Positions 9,296-18,754 of a DNA stretch of 64,000 bases are shown here, in pieces. The notes beneath the pieces are model-generated. The model was not told the origin of the DNA. It was given only the letters and a program-made list of their open reading frames with translations, and ran no database searches. Position 1 is the first letter of the stretch. The number at the start of each line of letters is the position of its first letter. The stretch lies in IMG/VR virus record IMGVR_UViG_3300035670_000067, positions 1-64,000 of that record; one strand, 5' to 3'. The translations under genes and the position numbers were made by a program. The DNA is from a virus.

Positions 9296-9811
9296 CTAAA
9301 GCTTTTTGACTTTCTTAACTTTCTTGACCTTCTTTGCCTCTGCGTCTTCTCCTGCTCCAGAACGACATTTGGACCCGTAAGCTGCGATCTTAGTGATCGA
9401 ATCTCTTGTGGCGACAACACCCTTACGATCAGGGCGTTCTTTCAATTCGATAAAAACATCAAACTTCTCGCCATAATACGCAGTCAGGTCTATCTCGTCT
9501 CCGATATCAATCGGATTGCCACCATTCATTACGGTAACGTAAGACATCAGCTTACTGGTGGGGGTCAGTTCAAGACCGACAAACGCCTTGGCGATATAGC
9601 CCTTAGCTGATTCACCGCCAGTGAATTTGCCACCAGTCAGCTTGAATTCAAGAGCCGCCATCGGCCCGAACTTAGCTTCTATGATCTTAGCGGCCTGGAA
9701 CACAGAAGGATACCATTCATGCGATTCGGGTAACTGACGCGGACGCTCCTTGATAACAACGATACGCTTGAGATTGACTTCGCCGTTATCCTGTTTCTTT
9801 TCCTTTTCCAT
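9296..9811 (-). CDS. Putative single-stranded DNA-binding protein (OB-fold, DUF669-like)
   Basis: Beta-rich pattern (KFGP..LEF.L, SKL..Y, IDL..YYG), position beside recA, higher-GC codon usage. Confidence 0.5.
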   Translation of the reverse strand: MEKEKKQDNGEVNLKRIVVIKERPRQLPESHEWYPSVFQAAKIIEAKFGPMAALEFKLTGGKFTGGESAKGYIAKAFVGLELTPTSKLMSYVTVMNGGNPIDIGDEIDLTAYYGEKFDVFIELKERPDRKGVVATRDSITKIAAYGSKCRSGAGEDAEAKKVKKVKKVKKL

Positions 9812-9812
9812 A

Positions 9813-10448
9813 TCACACCTTCAGTTTGATTCTTGCTTTTTCTTGATTTACAACTTCAATCCCAGCCGACTTCCCTTGTACGATATTGCGCAACGTTGGC
9901 AACAAAGCACCTTTCGTAATAACAGCCGCCCGGAAAACATTATTAAGCAGTCTGTATTGAAATTCTAGGTCGGATATTTGTTTTTGCCATTCACGTATCT
10001 TTTCCTTATATTTCTTTGCCATGTAACCGCGAACAGTATTTTCAGTTACGCTTTCTCTTGGCTTGGCGACATTATCCTGCAGATGACATTTGCAAGTGTA
10101 GTACAATTCTTCTTGCCATAACTGATATCTGTTTTTCAATTCTTCCAGCTTGTGTCTTGCGATTTCACACACTAGCGAGACGCTTGCTTCTAGCGCAGCT
10201 TGTTCATCCACATGAACTGCAAGCTCTGGTAACGGTATGTCGCCACCAACTCTGAGTTGCTCAAAACTGAAACCAAACTCTTTCTTTATTTGCTCTGCCT
10301 TATCAGCCGGGATAACAAACACATAACGATCACGTTCCCTGCTTACTTTCACACCAGCGTGTTTCAGCAGGGAACGTGCGATGATCTGTTTATCCTGGCT
10401 GTTTATATCGTCACTCTGACTTGCCATCGTCGTGTTCGAGAGTAACAA
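9813..10448 (-). CDS. Putative UvsY-like recombination mediator
   Basis: Helical pattern VTENTVRGY...WQKQISDLE...AVITKGALL resembles UvsY-family proteins; context next to SSB-like gene and recA. Confidence 0.45.
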   Translation of the reverse strand: MLLSNTTMASQSDDINSQDKQIIARSLLKHAGVKVSRERDRYVFVIPADKAEQIKKEFGFSFEQLRVGGDIPLPELAVHVDEQAALEASVSLVCEIARHKLEELKNRYQLWQEELYYTCKCHLQDNVAKPRESVTENTVRGYMAKKYKEKIREWQKQISDLEFQYRLLNNVFRAAVITKGALLPTLRNIVQGKSAGIEVVNQEKARIKLKV

Positions 10449-11271
10449 TCATCTGACCCTTCTTGGCGTTCGCGATCGGAACACCTTTCAAGGTCTTCTT
10501 AATCCCGCGCTCTTTGCACAAAGCGCGCAACTCGTCATCGGTCATCTCAGAATAATCCTTCTCTTCCTCTTCCTCTTCCCCTTCCTCTTCCTCTTCCTCT
10601 TCCTCTTCCTCTTCCTCTTCCTCTTCCTCTTCCTCTTCCTCTTCGGCTTCCTCTTCCTCTTCGGCTTCCTCTTCCTCTTCCTCTTCGGCTTCCTCTTCCT
10701 CTTCGGCTTCCTCTTCCTCTTCGGCTTCCTCTTCCTCTTCTTCCTCGTCAGCCTCTTCGGCTTCCTCTTCCTCTTCTTCCTCATCAGCCTCTTCGGCTTC
10801 CTCTTCCTCTTCGGCTTCCTCTTCCTCTTCTTCCTCGTCAGCCTCTTCGGCTTCCTCTTCCTCTTCTTCTTCCTCGTCAGCCTCTTCGGCTTCCTCTTCC
10901 TCTTCTTCTTCCTCGTCAGCCTCTTCGGCTTCCTCTTCCTCTTCTTCCTCGTCAGCCTCTTCGGCTTCCTCTTCCTCTTCTTCCTCGTCAGCCTCTTCGG
11001 CTTCCTCTTCCTCTTCTTCCTCGTCAGCCTCTTCGGCTTCCTCGTCCGTATCAACCTTAATGTCTTCTTCCTTACCGATTAACGCACCCTTCTTAGCCAA
11101 ACTGTTCCAAATTTCCTTAGCTTCATCAGCAAGAGCTTCAACACCAGTCTTCAGATCATCGCCAACAAATCTGGCGAGATGAATGGACATCACACCAGAC
11201 GTACCGGTCTTGAAATCTCTACCATACGCGACCGTGATTTCGTTCTTCTTTTCTACTTCGACCTTAGCCAT
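10411..11271 (-). CDS. Poly-Glu acidic protein with C-terminal HeH/Rho-N-like nucleic-acid-binding motif
   Basis: ~165 aa of (EEAEEADEEEEE)n followed by DYSEMTDDELRALCKERGI...KKGQMIVTLE. Confidence 0.7.
   Translation of the reverse strand: MAKVEVEKKNEITVAYGRDFKTGTSGVMSIHLARFVGDDLKTGVEALADEAKEIWNSLAKKGALIGKEEDIKVDTDEEAEEADEEEEEEEAEEADEEEEEEEAEEADEEEEEEEAEEADEEEEEEEEAEEADEEEEEEEEAEEADEEEEEEEAEEEEEAEEADEEEEEEEAEEADEEEEEEEAEEEEEAEEEEEAEEEEEEEAEEEEEAEEEEEEEEEEEEEEEEEEEEEGEEEEEEKDYSEMTDDELRALCKERGIKKTLKGVPIANAKKGQMIVTLEHDDGKSE
10560..11045 (-). repeat. Tandem coding repeat (36-39 nt units degrading to GAAGAG runs)
   Basis: ctcttcggcttcctcttcctcttcttcctcgtcagc repeated on the + strand. Confidence 0.9.
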
Positions 11272-12388
11272 TTTCTGCTTCCTTGTATTTTGTTAGTTGG
11301 GAAAGTTCAGTTTTTCTGCTATCGAAGAGCAGCTTACCTCTATTCTTCTTTAAAGAAGCGATAAAACACTTACCCTTCTGCAGATGTTCAGAAACGTCGG
11401 ACCAGTCACTTGCAAAAACAGTTATTGAGCTTTCTGACTGGCCATCGGTAATGTCTACGAACCCCATTTCGTTTCCATTTTTATCTGTGTGTTTTTTCAC
11501 TTTGATGACCTCAAAGGCCACCTTTATCATTTCTCCTTCTTCTTTTTGTTCTATCAATGCGAGAGTGTTAGCTTTTTCTGCCGCTATAATATCAACAAAC
11601 TGTTTCAGCTTACTTGGCTTGAACGAATAACCATAAGCTATGTCCTGAGCATATTGTTTGTTGATTCTTTTACCAGTACACGCTTCCTCTGAATGGCTTA
11701 TGGCGGCACTGCCACAATACGGACACACTATACCATCTTCTTGTAACTTTTTCACTTGTACATTTACAGGATAACGATATTTACATTCGTAACAGAAAAT
11801 TTGACGACATACTTTCTTATCACCACGCATTTCCAATAACTCATCATATATGACTTCCATCTTGCCAAATTTTCTAAATGTATTGGCAAGAACTATATTA
11901 GTCAATGTCGCAATCGTCAACGCTCTATTTGCTGTTCTCTGCACGAAATCTTGGAATGATAAAAACTTTCCGTTTTTACGTTCTATTTCTATCACTTCTA
12001 TGGCTTTATCACCAACTCGCTTGATTGCAGTCCATGGCGAAACCAAACATCCCTTACCAACAACGAAATCTCTTGTGCTCTTGTTGACTTCTGGTGGGAC
12101 TATCTTTATAGCCATTCTCCTAGCTTCGGAAAGAACTGAAATAAACTTTTTGTCGTCGTCAGTGCTATATGTCAGCACCGCATTTATGTACTCAGCAGGA
12201 TAGTGATATTTCAAATAAGCTGACATATAAGCTATGAACGCATAAGCGCAGGCGTGGGAATTATGAGTAACAGTGTTCTGTACAACATAATTTCTACGCC
12301 GTTGAGTCATTTCTAAATCATAAACGCTTCTAATTCCCAATTTTTTGACTGAAACAATGCGCGAATTTTTGACTTGAACGTTATCCAT
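11264..12388 (-). CDS. dnaE: DNA polymerase III alpha C-terminal half, preceded by a split-intein C-fragment
   Basis: 43-aa IntC ending VTHN, then SHACAYAFIAYMSAYLKYHYPAEY, PPEVNKS, HhH (IKRVGDKA), OB fold (DKNGNEMGF..D..SITVF). Confidence 0.93.
   Translation of the reverse strand: MDNVQVKNSRIVSVKKLGIRSVYDLEMTQRRRNYVVQNTVTHNSHACAYAFIAYMSAYLKYHYPAEYINAVLTYSTDDDKKFISVLSEARRMAIKIVPPEVNKSTRDFVVGKGCLVSPWTAIKRVGDKAIEVIEIERKNGKFLSFQDFVQRTANRALTIATLTNIVLANTFRKFGKMEVIYDELLEMRGDKKVCRQIFCYECKYRYPVNVQVKKLQEDGIVCPYCGSAAISHSEEACTGKRINKQYAQDIAYGYSFKPSKLKQFVDIIAAEKANTLALIEQKEEGEMIKVAFEVIKVKKHTDKNGNEMGFVDITDGQSESSITVFASDWSDVSEHLQKGKCFIASLKKNRGKLLFDSRKTELSQLTKYKEAENG
12260..12388 (-). mobile_element. Split intein C-fragment (IntC, 43 aa)
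   Basis: IVSVKKLGIRSVYDLEM...NYVVQNTVTHN|S: blocks F and G, His-Asn end, Ser +1. Confidence 0.92.
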
Positions 12389-13287
12389 ATTGATTTCTCA
12401 CATTTGATTTGATGTTCCCACATCACCACCATACCATCTACTTTCTTACTTCTATTTATAAATTTCGCCTTTGATTTATCTCTTATCAAATTCTTCTGAA
12501 CAGCAATCGGTATACTTTTCTTATGTCCAAAAAATCTTGGATGCCAATGCCAATAAATACCATGACATTCTACAACAATTTTCTTGTCGCCTATAAATAT
12601 TAAGAAATCATATAAATATCTTCCCAATTTCTTTTGATGAACAAATTTAACATTATGTCGCTTTAGAAATTTTTTGAAAATTAATTCTATAGAAGAACTT
12701 TTTCCGTTATTCGAATCGCGCTTAAGCCTTTCTATTGTCACATCACGCATAAAATTCTTGAGTCTCTGCGAATGACGTTTGCCCAACATCCCATGCACTT
12801 TGCGTTTAGAAGCCGAAATCGACATCTTTTTGCGGGTTTCTTCAGTGGGATATCTGAACATATTCTTCAGACTAACAGACAACATAGATTTAGAAGTTTC
12901 TTTTGTAAGACCTTTATTCCAAGCTGTTTTACCTAATCGCGGATTATTCTGCTCCATCCACCTAGCTTGTCTTTCTATAGACGCATTAGATTCTCTTGTA
13001 AGCCCCTTATTCCACGCCTTATGCGATGAACACTTTTTACCATCAGCACAAAATTTATTCAGCACTATCCCACTAGAATACAGACATACCTTCAAAGGCT
13101 TCCCGCATCCACATTTAGATACGTTCAAAAATTTAACGATATACTGCTCGACATTTAATTTGTGTTCCTTCATTAGATGATAATTGAACATCCACGCCTT
13201 ATATTTTCCGTTCTTTTTTCCTTCATAATACAAGTATTCTGGCTTATTACAATACGGACATTTATTGGGGACTTCAGCGATTTTCAT
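12313..13287 (-). mobile_element. Free-standing homing endonuclease (Vsr/DUF559-like) with Zn fingers and NUMOD-type repeats
   Basis: CPYC..H..H and CGCG; two AWNKGLT repeats; TEETRKKMS and GKRHS; C-terminal SSIE..YLYDF..VVECHGIYWH..RDKSK..VVMWE. Confidence 0.85.
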
Positions 13288-13324
13288 AAATCACCATATG
13301 GTAAAGCATGAGAGACATGCCTAA

Positions 13325-13612
13325 TCATATCGTTCTAACTATTCCATATGAAAAATCACTTTCGATCAACTGCCTCAAAGTCCTATATTCTCCGTCATCG
13401 CATAACAGCCTATGATCTAAAGTGCAAGATAATTTTTCTCCATCATCGAAACATATCTCATAACATTCCATTTCACCATTATCATACACTTTTTGTACTG
13501 GGTCAAAATGAATTCCATCTTCATCGTGAGTAGCGACTAAATCACCAACATTGATATCTCTAATTTTCTTTTCACCTTCTATGGTCAGCACCAACTGATT
13601 TTCTTCAACACA
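13325..13612 (-). mobile_element. Split intein N-fragment (IntN, 95 aa)
   Basis: Block A CVEENQLVLTIEG.KKIRDINVGDLV, block B CTLDHRLL, then a stop codon. Confidence 0.92.
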
Positions 13613-15955
13613 TCTGTTGAACGTGTATTTACTGAACGCTTCAATAAATCCCCAAATCTCTTCAGCAAGCGCTTGGTCAATATCAGATTTTTCTTTACAG
13701 CCCTTGTAGAATTTTTCCTTCCAAACAGCAAACTTTCGCGGGTCTTTTAGCTTGATGCCCTTACGGAAATTGTCAGATTCAGATGGTGTAAATCCTGCTA
13801 AGACAACCGCCAACTTAGACGCTTGCTCTTGGAATAACAACACACCATAACTCTTTCCAAGAACGCTTTCCATCTTAGGATGCAGATATTGATAATATTG
13901 GCCATGCTTTCTGTTGACATATTCAGTGTGCATGTTCTTTTCAAGAACACCAGTACGATACAACGATATGATAGCAATTATATCTTCTATGGAATCCGGC
14001 TTCATATCTTGAGACAGTTTTATCATGCCGTCAGAAGTGCCAAGCTGGAACAATCCAACATTCAGACCCTTACCAATCATTTCATAAACATCTTGGTCTT
14101 CAAGATGTTCCAACATAAATTCGCACAACCCATCGAAGTCAGAAAACGAAACCTTGTGCCTTTCCTTTATAAGCGCAACAGTCCTTGCAATGATATCTAA
14201 TGTATTCTGTCCAAGAAAGTCTAATTTCAAAATACCAAGGTCTTCCAAGGCGTACATGTCCCATTCAGTAACTTTTACGTCTTTCTTTTTGTTCTTACCG
14301 CCAGTTAATGAATACGCAATCGGACACCATTCATGCACCGGAGTTCTAGTGACCACTACACCACTTGCATGAACGCCGGTTTGCCTGTTTACGCCAAGCA
14401 GGTTAACAGCAGTGTTTTCAATATCTTCATTTTCTTCTAGGAATTCAGCGACCTGTGGATAACCAGTTACTATTTCATCCCAATTCTTTTTATAATCTTC
14501 GTACGAAGAATTGGGTGGAAGCGCCGTATCACCATCATCTATTTTAGAAGTGATACTATTGACCAGTCCAAAATCCATATCAAATACTTTAGCTGCATCT
14601 TTAATCGCGCTCTTAGGCTTCCACTTGGTGTAATTACAGATGTGAGCAACACATTCGTTGCCATACTTTTCAATCACATAATCAAGAACCCTTGAGCGTA
14701 ATTCCTTGCTAAAATCCATGTCTATATCTGGGAGTGTAAGACGCTCTTTGGTCAAAAATCTTTCAAATGGACAATCAAACCTAATTGGATCTACCCATGT
14801 AATATTCATCAGGAAGGCGATCAATGAACCGTTTACACTTCCGCGAGCATTGTATGGAATATCATTTTTTCTACAAAAATTCGCAATATCGTAAACGACA
14901 AGAAAATAATTACTGAATTTCAGAGAAGTGATAACTCTATATTCTTCTTTATAGCGCAGTCTATATTCTTTCTCCTTCATGAGTTTACCCCATGACGGAT
15001 GCTTCTTGCAAATCTCATCAAGGTCTGTGTCTGGCGTTTCTGATACAATCGGTAATGGTGAACCTTCCGGTAACAGATTAAACGCTTCTATTCTATTTGC
15101 CAAACAAACAGTCTCATCTATCGCTTGATTCAGCATTTCATCGCTGATATAATCGTGCCACAAGTCTCTGGCTGAACGTAATTCGTTCACATCTTTCAAC
15201 CAAAGCTGTTTCGTGGCGTAAGTGTGATTTTCTGCATCATTTACACTTTCCCGCCATTTAACACAGATGACGGCATCATGTATATTGCTCTGTTCTTTTG
15301 ATATGTAGTGTCCATCCATAGTAACTATGAACGGCAATCCGTATAGCCTAGCAAGGCGTAACACATATTTGTTCAAACGAACCTGTTCCGGCATATCGTT
15401 TAACTGAATTTCTGCATATATCCTATCTTTGAACACAGTCATCAAATTCTTAAGTCTGCGCTTAATCAACCTCTTTTTGATTTTATGCTTTGCAGACAAC
15501 ATATTCTTCTTCAGATAATCAAATCCGACTAGACCATTTTCACAGCCAGTTGTGATTAGCAAGCCTTCATTGTGTTCTATCAAATCTTTGATTGAAACTC
15601 TTGGCTTCTTTAAGAAACCGTTTTCCCAAGCGTTGCGCATGAGAATCTTAAGATTGCTCCACCCGACAGCGTTCATTGCCAAAATAATCATGTGTCCATA
15701 ATTATATGGAATATTTGATTGTTCTGTATCGTAATCATCAACCCAATAAATCTCGCATCCGATAATCGGCTTTATTCCGGCCGCTTTGCAAGATTTCCAA
15801 AGATTATAGATACCTCCGAGTGTACCGTGATCGGTGACAGTTACAGCGGTTTGTTCTCTAGTCTTGGCTTCTGCCACCAGATCTTCCACTCTGGTAACAG
15901 CGTCCAAAACAGAAAAATGCGTATGACGGTGGTGGTCAATGAACATTGTTTGCAT
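13325..15955 (-). CDS. dnaE: DNA polymerase III alpha N-terminal half (PHP and polymerase core) fused to a split-intein N-fragment
   Basis: HHRHTHFSVLD, TDHG, ARGSVNGSL, FERFL, PDIDMDF, GVHASGVV, KLDFLG, LFQL, FQEQ; ends YTFNR|C... Confidence 0.95.
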   Translation of the reverse strand: MQTMFIDHHRHTHFSVLDAVTRVEDLVAEAKTREQTAVTVTDHGTLGGIYNLWKSCKAAGIKPIIGCEIYWVDDYDTEQSNIPYNYGHMIILAMNAVGWSNLKILMRNAWENGFLKKPRVSIKDLIEHNEGLLITTGCENGLVGFDYLKKNMLSAKHKIKKRLIKRRLKNLMTVFKDRIYAEIQLNDMPEQVRLNKYVLRLARLYGLPFIVTMDGHYISKEQSNIHDAVICVKWRESVNDAENHTYATKQLWLKDVNELRSARDLWHDYISDEMLNQAIDETVCLANRIEAFNLLPEGSPLPIVSETPDTDLDEICKKHPSWGKLMKEKEYRLRYKEEYRVITSLKFSNYFLVVYDIANFCRKNDIPYNARGSVNGSLIAFLMNITWVDPIRFDCPFERFLTKERLTLPDIDMDFSKELRSRVLDYVIEKYGNECVAHICNYTKWKPKSAIKDAAKVFDMDFGLVNSITSKIDDGDTALPPNSSYEDYKKNWDEIVTGYPQVAEFLEENEDIENTAVNLLGVNRQTGVHASGVVVTRTPVHEWCPIAYSLTGGKNKKKDVKVTEWDMYALEDLGILKLDFLGQNTLDIIARTVALIKERHKVSFSDFDGLCEFMLEHLEDQDVYEMIGKGLNVGLFQLGTSDGMIKLSQDMKPDSIEDIIAIISLYRTGVLEKNMHTEYVNRKHGQYYQYLHPKMESVLGKSYGVLLFQEQASKLAVVLAGFTPSESDNFRKGIKLKDPRKFAVWKEKFYKGCKEKSDIDQALAEEIWGFIEAFSKYTFNRCVEENQLVLTIEGEKKIRDINVGDLVATHDEDGIHFDPVQKVYDNGEMECYEICFDDGEKLSCTLDHRLLCDDGEYRTLRQLIESDFSYGIVRTI

Positions 15956-16003
15956 ACCTTATAATAGCACGGCCACACACGTTTACAACAATACCAGACA
16001 CTT

Positions 16004-16408
16004 TTATTTTATCTTAGTGAATCCACCAGCACGACGAATTCTATCGGTTATTCTTTTCTCATCCTTAACCATCTTGAATATAGCTTCTTTAGCGTCCGCA
16101 TTGAGTATCCTGCGCAACGACAATGCTGGTTTGAATTTGATTACTTTTCTAGAACCTTTTTCTTGCCAAGTGCCAGTATGACGAATATAATACTTGAAAG
16201 GCTTTCTCCACTTTATATGAAATATCCCGAATCCTCTTATATTCAAAAGACTGTTTTTCAGCAAAGTCTTCTGTGCCAATATAAACACAGATTCTATTAT
16301 TCTTTTGGCGAGGTCTCTTTCTAATCCGTACTGTCTGGCGAATTCAGAAATAAATTCTTCGTCTAATACATAACCTATCTTTTCGTCATTTTCAATTCGC
16401 CTATTCAT
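16004..16408 (-). CDS. HU/IHF-family DNA-bending protein
   Basis: LNIRGFGIFHIKWRK...HTG...KVIKFKPALSLRRILN. Confidence 0.85.
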   Translation of the reverse strand: MNRRIENDEKIGYVLDEEFISEFARQYGLERDLAKRIIESVFILAQKTLLKNSLLNIRGFGIFHIKWRKPFKYYIRHTGTWQEKGSRKVIKFKPALSLRRILNADAKEAIFKMVKDEKRITDRIRRAGGFTKIK

Positions 16409-17375
16409 TCGCTATTGAATCGTAAAAAGGATTACCAATTCGTTCCATCATATGAATAATTTCATCCTGATACGAATCAGAACCATATTTTTCCAAAACA
16501 TATAACATCAAAATATAGCCAACTTCTCTTAAGAATGGAGTTTCTATTTGATTCAATATACACGCAAACAAGGAATCCATTAATTCCTTCGGATTAACTG
16601 CCGGATTCTTAAACGTCTGCGCTGTGAACATTTGCCGCAAATGGTTTTCGTATCTGTTTAACTGCTCTAGATCACTCCAAAACACGTTAGGATTAGGATC
16701 AAATAGTCCTATGTATGTAGTGTCACCAATTGTGAATTTATGATCAAAGAATGCATATTCTCTGGTGCCATAGCTTTCTATTCTGCTATCGTCGCCATTC
16801 TCGCCAATAATGTAGATGTTTGTATTAGAATGCTTTTTGTGAAGCCAACACGCGAACATTTCTGAGATTAATCCGAGAACAAACATATCGTTGACCATGT
16901 CTTCTCTAGCCTTTTCATATAATCCACTAACAACAACATCTTCTTCTGTCGTACTTACTGAGATGGACAAAAGATCTGGTATATCGTTTGATTCTTCAAA
17001 GTCTATTGCCGGATCTCTGACAACAATCGTTGATATGTCTAATTCATTTACTGTCAGATCATCAAAAACGGCTTTCAACTGATTAACGCCAACTGGCTTA
17101 ACAAAATCTCTTTCATCATCTACATCTTGATTAGTTTTTATCGCCTCTTGAAGCTGGTCTGGTCCTATCCAATTCAGAATCCTTGGCCCATAAGCGCCAC
17201 GCAATTGAGATCCATTGTCTGAATATATTCCAACATGACGACTATAATACATGAGTTCACTTAATGAGTTTGAACCACGTAATATCCATAACCAATAAGC
17301 AAATCTAAATCCGAAATTTGTATAATCAGTTCTATATTCAATTTTGGGGACACCATTGAACCAATGCTTTCTCAT
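16401..17375 (-). CDS. Thymidylate synthase/dNMP hydroxymethylase-fold protein with degenerate active site
   Basis: WLWILRGSN, YSDNG..LRGAYGPR, NQL, DPAID..SNDIP retained; Asp replaces the catalytic Cys and RSND/SLHxY are not recognisable. Confidence 0.7.
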   Translation of the reverse strand: MRKHWFNGVPKIEYRTDYTNFGFRFAYWLWILRGSNSLSELMYYSRHVGIYSDNGSQLRGAYGPRILNWIGPDQLQEAIKTNQDVDDERDFVKPVGVNQLKAVFDDLTVNELDISTIVVRDPAIDFEESNDIPDLLSISVSTTEEDVVVSGLYEKAREDMVNDMFVLGLISEMFACWLHKKHSNTNIYIIGENGDDSRIESYGTREYAFFDHKFTIGDTTYIGLFDPNPNVFWSDLEQLNRYENHLRQMFTAQTFKNPAVNPKELMDSLFACILNQIETPFLREVGYILMLYVLEKYGSDSYQDEIIHMMERIGNPFYDSIANE

Positions 17376-18754
17376 GTACGCACCTTTGTTTGTGTGTTCA
17401 ATTTCTTATATTCATGTTTTTCGTTTTCTGGCACGCTGCTAAATCTCATACGATCCATACTTGTACTAAGTGTAAATGGCTTACCGCGGAAATCTCTAGT
17501 CTTTAGCCATTTCATGTTTATGATGCCAGTCTCTAACGTGTTTTCATCTGGTTGGATTAGCAGCGCTACGTCAACCTGATCTTTAATATGCGTGCTGAAC
17601 GCTATTTCATCTTTCCCAGTCTGAACCAATGACCACGTTGGCATATTCAATCCACGTGCGATATGCAGCTTTAGTTGAACTGCTAAATCTAACTGACTTT
17701 CCCATGCCATGTTTATATCGCCAGATTTACATGTCATGATATTAAGATAATCTATTCCACACATCTTAACGTTAGACTTATTGAAATATGATTTAACTGC
17801 CGCCTTCACCGCCTTTACTGTACAGCCTTCTGGCATATCTATAACTTCAAATCTATTCTTGTTTGATTTCGATTTTTCGACCGCTTCGTCCAATTTGTTC
17901 CATTGATCTTTTGTTAACGCATATCTTCTAAAATATTCATAAGGTATTCCACTCATTCGGCAATACCATCTCATGTAATATTGTTCTTTAGGCATTTCTA
18001 TCGTGACGACGACAACATCTCCGGTAGTCTGCCAACAATAAGTTGCGAAATCAAGCAACATTATACTTTTCCCACTTCCTGTCGGGCCAGACACTAATCC
18101 AAATTCTCCACTGCGCAAACCAATCATCTGTGAATCTATTTCTGTGATGCCCGTTGGCGTACCGCCAACACTACCTGGATTCTTTTGGATATGAATAAAA
18201 TGCTGCTTGAAATGTTTGTAGCCTTCTCTTGGATCGCCCCTGTCTACCTTGAAATCTTTAGAAGCAGATAAATCATTAAACGAAACCAATCTCTCGCGAG
18301 CTACTGTTAGAGCTTTTAGATCACCCTTTAATCCCTTACCAAGATCGCCAATTGTTTCGTTTACACAAATGGAAATAACTCTTCCTTCGTATAGAATCTT
18401 TAATTTCTTCATTGCAGACACTGTCGCTGCAAGCGTCATGTCTCTGCCAAGTTTACGAATACGCTTCCACATCACAGTCAATTTGTCTCTGTGACTGTGT
18501 TCAGTATCGAGCATATTCTTGAATGCTATATCATCTAGAAGCACGTTGTCATCTTGCCACAACGCAACGGCTTTGTCATAGATATGCTTCACAAGATCAC
18601 TCGATAGGACGTTGCTATCGAAATTCAAATAAACACGCTGCATATTCCATTTATTTTTCAACGTACCGGCAACAAATTTCATCTCTAATTCTCTGTCGAC
18701 GAAATCTGTTTGCCTATGTAATCTCCTATATGATGGAGAAGAATAATCCTTCAA
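17372..18754 (-). CDS. dnaB: DnaB-like replicative helicase
   Basis: PTGITEID, GPTGSGKS, TIEM, IDYLNIM, K.R motif. Confidence 0.9.
   Translation of the reverse strand: MKDYSSPSYRRLHRQTDFVDRELEMKFVAGTLKNKWNMQRVYLNFDSNVLSSDLVKHIYDKAVALWQDDNVLLDDIAFKNMLDTEHSHRDKLTVMWKRIRKLGRDMTLAATVSAMKKLKILYEGRVISICVNETIGDLGKGLKGDLKALTVARERLVSFNDLSASKDFKVDRGDPREGYKHFKQHFIHIQKNPGSVGGTPTGITEIDSQMIGLRSGEFGLVSGPTGSGKSIMLLDFATYCWQTTGDVVVVTIEMPKEQYYMRWYCRMSGIPYEYFRRYALTKDQWNKLDEAVEKSKSNKNRFEVIDMPEGCTVKAVKAAVKSYFNKSNVKMCGIDYLNIMTCKSGDINMAWESQLDLAVQLKLHIARGLNMPTWSLVQTGKDEIAFSTHIKDQVDVALLIQPDENTLETGIINMKWLKTRDFRGKPFTLSTSMDRMRFSSVPENEKHEYKKLNTQTKVRT

Noticed and set aside
10432-11082. Plus-strand (FL)n ORF and minus-strand alternative-frame (KR)n ORF 10542-11054
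   Set aside because: Stop-free frames produced by the GAAGAG repeat; only the Glu frame has folded ends and overlaps its neighbours
12313-13324. Group I intron carrying the endonuclease within dnaE
   Set aside because: Only 37 non-coding nt flank the endonuclease, too little for a ribozyme core; intein blocks explain the split
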